Shown here: positions 27,901 to 37,810 of the stretch, piece after piece
Layout: each line of letters starts with the position of its first letter
Position numbering within the stretch: the stretch's first letter is position 1
Assembly: GCA_051362555.1 (NCBI GenBank)
Contig: CM120641.1
Location: 34,168,401-34,232,400, forward strand
Source: Lingula anatina
Lineage: Eukaryota > Animalia > Brachiopoda
Length of the DNA stretch: 64,000 nt
Direction of reading: 5' to 3'
Made by a program: the position numbers and the translations under genes
The notes under the pieces: model-generated
Databases searched by the model: none
Seen by the model: the letters and a program-made list of their open reading frames with translations, nothing else
What the model was told of the DNA's origin: nothing

Positions 27901-28095
27901 CATTTTTGCGATTCACAGCTTCTTATCTTGGACATAAGAACGTGATTATGCCCAAGGTCTTATAAAACTTTATAATTACATACAACTTAAAAATGACTTA
28001 ACCCCTTAAATACTTTTTCTGGAGCGTACCTTATGTTGATATTTAAATTGGAACCTATAGTAAAATGGTCCCAGTTATAATGACTTACCAGTCAT
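24955..28095 (-). CDS. CCR4/PDE12/Angel/Nocturnin-family EEP phosphohydrolase, copy 1 (~367 aa, catalytic domain only)
   Basis: Exons 28089-28095 (ATG ACT G, inferred), 27107-27543, 26345-26512, 25874-26065, 25445-25528, 24955-25170, all in phase. Motifs LTYNILAD, DVVCLQEV, GEATFFK, GNVH, LTGDFNS, LKSAY, EPPITN, FDYIWF, PSDHLP. Confidence 0.9.
27659..27873. mobile_element. Harbinger-like palindromic MITE (subfamily shared with 35151-35356) in first intron of EEP copy 1
   Basis: Ends ATTCCCATAGAT / ATCTATGGAAATGGGG, possible CAT duplication; internal sequence close to 35151-35356. Confidence 0.72.
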
Positions 28096-28533
28096 CAAAA
28101 GCTTAAATCAACCTTTATAAATTTTATCATCTTCAACTGTCTGTTATCTCACCGCGACTATTCAAATAGGCCTAAGAACAAAGCATCTTTTAAGATATGA
28201 ACCAGTTAGTCTGCAGATTGCCAAGCGGTTGTTATTGTATTTTTTTAAGAAAAAAAAAAAAAGAAAGTAAGTAAGAAAATAAAGAAAACCAAATCATGCT
28301 AGAAACATCTATGAGCACATTAACATCGCCTTCATCTCGCGTGCCAAATAAAGAAAAACGTTCTTAAAACTATCCCTTACTTTAGGGGCCTTCATATGTA
28401 TCTTTGAGAGAACTACATTTAACTTCAAGAGGACTCTCGCTAAATGCACTAATATTGAAGAGTAACACACCTCCTGGCGTGCAGTCGAATAAAGAGAAAC
28501 CGGTACGAACATTATATATTCTATTCTATTCTA

Positions 28534-29876
28534 CACACACTGGACAATAGAAGTGTCACCCCCTAAATAAGAGTAATAAGAGTAGGCAGATCTTGGGTAG
28601 TTATAATGGCTGGTCTACTTATAATGTGACTAATGATTGTAAAACCGCTTTACCATGGAATTGTATTTTTGGTCTTGTACATGTACAGCAAATGTTATTT
28701 CTGTCTTCCTCCAATATGGCAAGATACAGGCAATTATCTAACGGTTATAGGTGTCAAGTTATTAACCTGAAGAGGCGGAATATAAGCAATGTCAGGATAT
28801 CGATACAATTGAATTGTTCAGTCAGAACCGTGCAGAGGGTCTGGTCTCGGTATAAAAACATTGGATCAAGAGACAAATTGCCTCTGATGGGTCGTCCAAG
28901 AAAAACTACTGGCCGTGAAGACCGACGACTGATTATGATGTCCAGGTTGTCAAAGTTCGACACTGCTTGTCAGTTGACAACACAGTGGAACAATTTCACA
29001 CATAAGAATGTGTCTGTGAAAATTGCTAGGCGTCGGTTACATGCTCAGAGAGTGTACAGCAAGGTAGCAAGACTGAAACCTCTTTTATCGTTACAAAACA
29101 GGCAACGTAGAGTGAACTAGGGTCAACAGGATCTGGAACTGGACAGTCCATGACAATTGGTCCTATATATTTTTTCTGATAATTGTCGCTTTGGTCTGAC
29201 CTCTGATGACAGACGGGTACGATGCTGGCGAACTGCTGGTAAAGCATTTGAACCACATGCACTGAATTTTCGAACCCATGGCGAGGGCGAATTGATAGTG
29301 GTTGATGGAAACATGAATCACTAGAAATATATCGCTGTTTTGGAGTCAGGCTTGCTACCATCTATTACTAACATGTTTGGTGACAGGAATTATCCATTTG
29401 TTCACCTGGGTGACAATGCTCCTTGTCACAGACCCAGAGCAGTTGATGATTGGTTTGAACAACAGGACATTCGCAGGGTGATGTGGCCTGCCCAGAGTCC
29501 GGATGCAAACATAATAGAAAATGTGTGGAATGATAGGTCAAAACTTTTGACAAATGCCCGTCTAACCAGCAGAGAAACTCTGATATATTCGGTATTTCAT
29601 GCTTGGGCCAGCATAAGTCCTGAACGCATCAGACAATTATATGAATCTTTGCCTCGTAGACTGGCACCCATTATTAGGTCACGTGGCTATGCCACTAAGT
29701 ACTAATTTTGGACTTGAAACTGCATATTTTGGTAGAATGTATATTTGGTTCTCATTTTGTGATTTTTTTTGTGAAATTTTATGTTAATAAAATGATACCA
29801 GGAGCATATCATTCCACAGTCGTTTATCTCCCCCATAGTATTGGGTAGGGGTGACACTTCTATTGTCCAGTGTGTG
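28534..29876 (+). mobile_element. Tc1-family (DD34E) DNA transposon, degenerate transposase
   Basis: Perfect 31-bp TIRs (CACACACTGGACAATAGAAGTGTCACCCCTA; 28534-28564 and 29846-29876) flanked by TA. Transposase 28716-29705 with HTH/GRPRKTT, FSD, DNAPCH, WPAQSPDANIIENVW (34 residues between D and E); internal stops, frameshifts and loss of the WGC segment. Confidence 0.95.
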
Positions 29877-30157
29877 TATCTCATTATGTAATATACGTCT
29901 TTGGCTGAACTGACAAGACAAAAGCACGCGTGCGTGGAATCGAGTTTATTGATAACCCTGACATTTTGTCTTCTCCGTTCTCTTTCACACACAGTACAGA
30001 CAGTACTGTCAGTACACAGAAGCGTAACCAGGCATAAGCACGGATGCACTGGGCTAACCATGATATTATTCTCTATAAATTTAGTGTATTTCTCACGGAA
30101 TTCAATCCCGAATCACCTTCAGTGTGGAACAGTTTCATTCGCTATGTTATTGTAATA

Positions 30158-30437
30158 GACTTGTGAAGATTCTTTTGTCTATAGCTATTTATATAAGTCT
30201 GATCTTACCATCCAATATTTCATCTGCTTACAGTCAGATTTCATCAGGGAATGAGGTTGTGACAGGTATGACAACCTGTCACCCCCTCTGGTGTGCTATT
30301 TGGTCAGTTCCCCCCCCCCCCGGCCATACCTGTCACAACCTCATTCCCTGATGAAATCTGACTGCAAGCAGATGAAATATTGGATGGTAAGAACAGACTA
30401 ATATGAATAGCTATAGGCAAAAGAATCTTCACAAGTC
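30158..30437. mobile_element. Fold-back (hairpin) MITE-like element with ~115-bp inverted arms
   Basis: 30158-30272 is the near-perfect reverse complement of ~30325-30437 around a short C-rich spacer; no clear TSD. Confidence 0.8.
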
Positions 30438-30936
30438 GAATCTCCTTCGATTGTAAGTTAAAGTCACCTGAATGTACAAATCCTCTGTATAAAATGTATC
30501 CGCACCATTGTTCTGACACCCCTTCTCGTTTGCTTTCATAGAACTTAGGTAAACAATACTAGTAGCATGTACCTTCAGAAGTCCTCTCTTATGATAGTCC
30601 ATCTATCTGGAACTTCCTTTATCTCTTAATTTGAGGGCTGAGTGCCGTTAAACTATTCTGAAGCCTTCGTCTTGAGTGTATCGATCGCACTCTCGCTGGC
30701 GATATATTTATCTCAGGTAAAAATCTACCAGTGCGTTATTTTCAAAGAGCAGATCCAGCAGACCTGGGGGCACTAGATAAAATCTGGACATTAATAAGGA
30801 GTCAGAGAAACAAGGATAGAGTCCTTGAAGGGCCTTGTGAAAACGAGAAAGTAGTTCGCTACTGACAACTGAATCGCACCTAACCACGATCGCTGTGCAA
30901 TGATTTATCTTTTTTAAAGATTGTGACGAGTTTTTA

Positions 30937-32556
30937 CAGGGGCGGATTTAGGCCGTCTTTTGGTCTTCCGGACGACGGTTAGTCGAGTAGCCAGAACGCT
31001 AACCCTGCAATGTTTTTTCCTGTAAACTTTTTTTGCTGAAATGCATTCTTTAGGTTGAGAGAAGCAAAATTAGCTTGGTTGCTATTTCCGAGACACTGAG
31101 CATTTTTCAATATGGCCGTCAATTTATGACAAAAAATAGAAAAACGACCAGAAGTCACCGGGTAAACTTCATTGACAGCTTTTTTAAACGTGTATCCGAT
31201 CAGGAGAGCACAACAGTACTAGTGAATACAGTTAAGCCAGTTACATATAGCAAAAAAGCCAAAATGGCCGTCAAAACATACGGCAGAATGTGAAAAAAGC
31301 TGCAAAATAAGTTCGTTTTTTGGAAATTTAGTCTTATTAAAAACATATCTGCCTTTTCTATTTATATCCATTATGATAATTTGTTAGTCATGACCCTAAA
31401 CTCTCAGAAACTGCTTATTTGACATTAATCAGATGGTGGCAGACGGTGCCATCTCCTGAGAGTCCATTTGCCACTCCGACGAGCCCCATAGTAAAAGCTT
31501 GCTTTGTTATATGTTGCAAGCTTTTTAAAAAGAAATCATTTCATCTGGGTTACAAAACTTAGAGAAGCTTATAAGCTTGACTTTATTTGCCAGATGATAC
31601 ATACGAGATATTGATATTTTTTCAAAATTCAAGATGGCCGTCAATTTGTTATATGAAGAGCCATACATTCAAATAAAAAAATTGATTCTTCACTTCATTG
31701 TTCATCAATGCATATTTATGTTTATATACATGCAAAGTGCGATCATTTATTTCATTTTTGCAAGTTATTTTAATAAAAATGGCCTCCAAAACATAATGGA
31801 AGGGCAAAGAAACAACTGTAAAACTACAAGGCTTTTAACTGAAATAGACTTTAACTGGAACAAATATAAATACATATATAAAGAAAAAACCGATATACCT
31901 GCGTTCAAAACATAGCACACAATAAAACATATTTTTAGGTTAAATGATAAATGAAAAAACGAAAACCAATATGTCCGTCAATGCTACTCTATGATCAAAC
32001 CAAACATTGATTGCGGATATCTCAGTCCTGACAACTAGTTTTTCATTCTAAATCAAATATTACACCGTGGATGATTTAATGAAAGGCATTATCATTCTAG
32101 TATGTGTAAACTAAATCATTTTGAAATAAAAAAATGCGTCAAATAGGTTTTCTTCTGGTTTGATTATTCTAATCCTTTTTTTTTTTTTGTAAACTTTTTA
32201 AATACTTTAACACCTAAGGCATTTTTGTTGTTTAATAATGAATTTTATTATAAATAATCAAGATCCAAGCAGGGGTATACAAACCCAGCGGTAAGGGCCC
32301 ATGAGGTCAGCTATTCTTGACAACGTGACATGGTTCGGGGATATGCGAGGACCACCCATCGACATCATGTATTTGAAATGTTGTTTTTGCCAATTTATAC
32401 TTACAGATAATGGAAGCTTTGAGACAGGAATGTATGCATTTTTCTACTTGTAGGGTAGATGTAATTATTCATTGTGGATTTATTGATGACTTAGTGCTCG
32501 GGTAGTTAAAATAATGATGAGTTGTAATGTAGACATGGTTCATTGCACATGGGTAA

Positions 32557-32587
<31 letters not shown>

Positions 32588-34750
32588 GCAAAAATGGACC
32601 AAATACACATTGAGCAATACTCAGTGGGCACCTGCACATTTTGAGGATTGGTTTTGGAGGCCTATAAAGGCCCAAAAAAAGGCCACCAATGTTGTTAGTC
32701 CAGTGAACGGAATCATGCCATGTTTATCATGTGAACCACGTACATCTCTGGGCACTGGGTGTGAGGGGAGTCTGATTTGAGCTACAATGTAGGGGCTGTT
32801 CCCACCCTACAATCAGGAACCTGGTTGAATGCCACAACATGCCAGGCTCTGTTAGCTATATACCGCAGCCTGGGCGAGAGAGTCTCAACTCCAGACCAGG
32901 ATCGCTACATCAAGTTGCATCAGCTGCGGGAACAATTTCGCCAACCGGAGCAGCAGTCCCACTGTGCGTCGACGCTTGCTGGGGGTCAACCGATGGTGAT
33001 CGTTGATGGCAACATACCAGTAAGTGCTTGTCACTACAAAGATCAGATTCTGCAAACTCACATGACCTCGTTCATGCAGCAGAAAACTGATACCACCGTT
33101 ACCCAACAGGACAAGACCCGTTCACATTCGGCACAAATGATCCAAGTGCATCTGGAGTCCCAAGGGTGGATGTCCTACCCCGGCCTGTCTATTCTCCGGA
33201 TATGAATCCGATTAAACACTTGTGGTACTACATATATCTTGGCCGTCCGTTGGCCAAGGCAGCAGCTGATCCAGGCACTATGACAAGGCTGGAATAGGAT
33301 TTCGCACGACACCATCCCATCCACACTTATTGTCCGAGCATGCGCCAACAGATCGCCGCCTGCATCGAAGCAAGCGGAGATCGTATCGGCTATTGACTGT
33401 TGTAACTTTGTGTTGGGCTGGTGCCATTTTTGTTTTGAAACTATTCATGAAACTTAAGATTTTATGGTTCTGTCTACCAATGTCCTAAAGAAATGATTCA
33501 TATGAAAATAATCCAGTTTAGTGCTTCAAAATAACAATTATTTTGAAAAATATGGCCTGAAAGATTTTAATGGCTGTCAGTATATAACCAAAAGATTTTG
33601 GACTCCCTGTGCCCAAATTCCTGCAGAACCTCCTGTTGGCCCTTGATAAACTTTTCATCAGATTGAGACTGTATTAAAAAGAGAACTCACATAATGGTCA
33701 GCATTATCAATGATCCTCTTTTATAGAGTCTTAGTTTAACTGTACCTTTCAAGTACACTTTGTCAATAAATAAAAGGGTTTGATATATATTATACGCCGA
33801 ATTATCAGTTTAAAGCATAATTTAACTGATTTTTTTTACCTTTTTGGGCATGTTTTAGCGGTCATTTGAAATGCGGAACACCATGCACTTTAAACCCGAC
33901 TCTTTCCTATGTTACATAATTATTTATTTATTACTTAATGATATTATAATATATTTCTTATATTATTGACGGCCATCTTGAATTTTGAAAATTGATCAAT
34001 GTTCTGTATGTAGCCACTGCCAAGAAAGCCCAAATCAAATTGGCTTTTATACCCCCCAAGTATTAAATTCTTTTAAAAATTTCAGGGAATAACATTCTGA
34101 GTATTTGACTATGGGACCCAGGGAAGTAGCAAACAGACTCTTGGGGGGGGGGGGGTTATTGAATTGTCAGATAAGGTGATTCCAAGAGTTTAAGATCATG
34201 ACTAACAAAATATTATAATTAACATAAATATTAAAAGGGGATATGGTTTTAATAAAACTAAATATGCAAAAAACAAACTGATTCTGCAGCTTTTATCATC
34301 TTCTGCCTTATGTTTTGACGGCCATTTTGGTTTTTTGCTAAGTGGTACGCGATTAAGCGTATTCACTAGTACTGTTGTGCTCTCCTGATAGGATACACGT
34401 TCAAAAAAGTTGTCAATAAAGTTTACCCGGCGACTTCTGGTCGTTTTTCTATTTTTCCTCATAAATTGACGGTCATATTGAAAAAAGCTCAAGGTCTCGG
34501 AAATAGCAACCAAGCTAATTTTGCTTCTCTCGACCTGAAGAATGCATTTCAGCAAAAAAAGTGTACAGGAAAGAACATTGCAGGGTTCGACTATTGGGCC
34601 TATGGGAGTGGCGACTCGACTAGGTCAGATTTTCAAGTTTACATTGGTGGGTACCTAATTTTTTTCTGTCGGCAGACGGTCAAAAATGGTGGATGGATCA
34701 ACAATGATAATTTGGAAGACTATCAGAAAATATCTCTGAATCCGCCCCTG
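30937..34750. mobile_element. 3.8-kb non-autonomous DNA element with ~700-bp degenerate terminal inverted repeats and 5-bp TSD (hAT-like termini)
   Basis: Termini CAGGGGCGGATT / AATCCGCCCCTG, TTTTA on both sides (30932-30936, 34751-34755); arms ~30937-31650 and ~33960-34750 are reverse complements (mirror ORFs 31075-31293 and 34202-34555). Confidence 0.82.
32700..33590 (+). mobile_element. Decayed Tc1-like transposase remnant nested in the long-TIR element
   Basis: Fragments TPDQDRYI, VIVDGN, YKDQILQTH, QQDKTRSH, frameshifted SPDMNPIKHLW and ACIEASG..Y*; boundaries approximate, left TIR not found. Confidence 0.75.
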
Positions 34751-35150
34751 TTTTAGATGATTATATGTCCAGCTGACATGAAATTTCACATATATGACCA
34801 CACTTATGCACCTATTACACCGGAGTACCCTCTATTGCTATCAACGTCAGCGGCTTAAATGTTTGTCACGCCTACACGCCTACTGAAGCTGTTAGGGGAT
34901 AAATAATTATCGTTTAGCAGCTTCAGTATGCTTGCCGGACGTCTAAGGGGCTTCAGCAGAAAGCAATTTAGCGAGAAACCCCTTGGAGATGGATCGACCC
35001 TGTTAGATCCATCTAGGCATGGGAACCGAGTCTAGTAATCAGTAAGCCCCTAGTTAAATAAATTTCTGGGCAAGGCTTTTCTCAGCGATCCGTTCAGACG
35101 GCTGGACGGCTTAGGAATATTTTAAAATATAATGTTTTATAAATATATTG

Positions 35151-35356
35151 GACCCCATTCCCATAGATATTTAGATTGATCTATCCCCCCGGGGAGTCTC
35201 ACCAGATTGGTGTCAGCTTAACAGGCTTAAATGTCTGTCCCGCCTACTAAAATCTGTAAAGGGGTAATTAACTATGATGCGCGCTCGACTGACAGCAATC
35301 TAGCGTGAACCCCCAGGGAGTTAGGTGGATCGATCTAAATCTTTGGGAATGCAGTC
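35151..35356. mobile_element. Harbinger-like palindromic MITE
   Basis: GACCCCATTCCCATAGAT...TTTGGGAATGCAGTC with TTG duplicated on both sides. Confidence 0.75.
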
Positions 35357-36750
35357 TTGGGTTGTCGCGTTGGCCATGGACGTCGTACAAAATTCTCCTA
35401 GAGTAATTTGACCTACCCTGTTTTGTGATGCGTCCCAGTCGAATAATGCTACTTTGTTGTGCAGGCTGTTATTCAATCACGACGTAACTACCACCCAAAG
35501 CTTACATAACACAATAAAATATTTACATTAACTTAAAAATACATAATCCAAGCCGATATATATGGGGTATTAAACCGCCATGAAAAAGCCAACTTAAACA
35601 AGTTTTTTTTTTTTTGTCCCTAGTTTTTGTCTTGTCTTGAAATGAGAAAATTAAGATTTAGAGGGGTTCCAGGTTATTAAGAACTGGTGGGATGGAAGGA
35701 ACTGAAGGAAAGCAAACGGAAGGTGAACAAAGACTGACCTGTAAGCGTAGTTGGCTACCAATTTTTGAGTTGGACGGTGAATCAAATGAACACAGCAGCC
35801 AGCTTGTTGTTTCTAGTAGTCTTTTCTCCTCATACACACGGACCACAGTCAGGCACGCAGGCAGGAACGTCTTGACGATCTTCCGGGGTCTCTCTCTATC
35901 TCTCTCTTTCTCGCTCTCTCTCTCTCTCTCAGTCTGAGAAGCCCAGTTATTATAGGGAATCGTACTGATCCCTACGTGCTCCGAATCTACATGTATAAGT
36001 AAGCGTATCTTATAGAAAACAAACTTGTCAATTATCATATGTGAGTTAGCAGTACATGGACCAGGGCTATTAATGTTCTCTTCACTCTTCGCTATGCTTG
36101 AATATATAATTGTGTCCGACTTGAAAAGAAGATCAATAAAACTAAATACTGAGCTACATTATTTGTTATCGTTGCCCTAAACGTGGATAAATTCTTCGGG
36201 TAGGAAGTTTACATAACCTGGGACTGGCTTTAAGTACATTAAATTATCTCATGTGTGGTGCTTGCTTTTGGTGAAAGAGATCAAATGACAATGATGAGGC
36301 CAAAGTATTTCTACAATTTTAGAATCGTCACAGGGTCTCCCTTTTATGTCAGTTCAAAAGGGGTGGACATTCATTATTTAAATTTATTACTTTGAAGAGA
36401 CTTTTGTCTCTAATATTTGCTTCTCTTCCATAATTGAGATTTAAATTAAATAAAAGGAATTATAATTTGCTTTTAGCATTTTTAATCCTTTAGTCAAGGT
36501 CCACATTTTATTTCTCCCTATTCCTGACAGCCATTGAGAAAAGCTCTTTCCACTTACTCTTATGTTCTTCATCAAGAAGTCTTTTTTATCCACTGAAATT
36601 TTAGTAATTTGGAAAAAGTGTAGCAACACTAAAATTTTTGGCACTACCTGTGAAAATGATCAGCATAGTCAAAGAACATTTATGCCAAGTTTGGTTCTTT
36701 TTCCACATTCTGTGCAAGTTTGACATTATATAGCAACAGTCATGGAGACT

Positions 36751-36915
36751 CAGGCCCGTAGCCAGGGGAGGTCGGGGGTTCGAAAGAACCGCCCCTCTTG
36801 TCAGGAAAAGGTCCATTTTGGGTAAATTTTGATCTAGGTACACATAAGTTTCATTGTAAAAGGTCCACTTTTTCAGAAAAAGAACCCCCTTTTGAATTTG
36901 CTGGCTACGGGCCTG
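36751..36915. mobile_element. Short hAT-like MITE (same family as 18745-18922)
   Basis: TIR CAGGCCCGTAGCCAG / CTGGCTACGGGCCTG; colinear with 18745-18922. Confidence 0.8.
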
Positions 36916-37482
36916 ACTGACTTCTATGACTTGCCTCAGAGAGGCCACAGACTCGGTTTAGTAGAACAAGGCAGGACAGGTCACAAAATGGTGTATATGG
37001 CATCACAGGCCACAAGAAATGTGGCATCACAGGACAGTGAGTTTAACACAAGAAATATCCCTTTCTGAGCAATCTCAGCAAGAACAGCTAAAAGCAGTAT
37101 TTAATATAATGCTTTATTCATACTGGTCACTGGATCAGTATCCCATCTGGGTGGTCAGAGTCTATGGTTTTATAATAAAAAAAATAATGATAATAATAAT
37201 GCTGTTTATTTGCAACTAAAATAGTTGGATTGTACAATAAAATTAATTGTTAAATTCATGATGATTTAACTTGTCTCAAGCAGAAGATGGTGTATTTGAT
37301 GGGCTTTGCTCATATTGTGGAGTACTTAATGTTTTTGATAGCTCATCCCTTCTGCCGACAAGTGTTACACTGTAAAAAATTGTTTGTGACTCATCATCTT
37401 GAATGGGTAAATAATTTTAAATGCTCTTTCTGGACCATTTAAACTTGTCACTCTGTTGTTTTGTGAGTCCTGGATGTCAAAC

Positions 37483-37502
37483 CAAGGAGTTATAACTCCT
37501 TG
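37483..37502. repeat. 20-bp perfect palindrome flanked by a 7-bp direct repeat (possible minimal transposon)
   Basis: GTCAAAC-CAAGGAGTTATAACTCCTTG-GTCAAAC (repeats at 37476-37482 and 37503-37509). Confidence 0.7.
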
Positions 37503-37810
37503 GTCAAACTTAATTAGCAGGCATATTCCAGTGTAGATTGTATCACTGACACACAGGAGTGTATGAATTCATTAACAGAAACCCCTGCTCTTTTCCATTT
37601 CTTCTATGCTATGCTCACTCTAGACTTTAATCTTTTTCCGACAATTAGCTGAATAGTTTTAACCCGATAAAAATTTGAAGCAAAACATCAACAATTTTGT
37701 GATAAATCAGTAAAAAAATCCTTGGCAAATAAAAAACATGGCTAACATTTACAACTTTAATATTCTATGCTGGAATAGACACAGCTTTTATTATCATAAT
37801 TAAAAAACCT

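Noticed and set aside
31075-34555. Similar ORFs 31075-31293 (+) and 34202-34555 (-) looking like a duplicated small gene
   Set aside because: They are the two arms of the inverted-repeat element, with no protein motif.
35658-36140. GC-richer stretch with ORFs and a (CT)n run, possibly an LTR or LINE fragment
   Set aside because: No second LTR, PBS, or RT motif visible; cannot be supported without a search.
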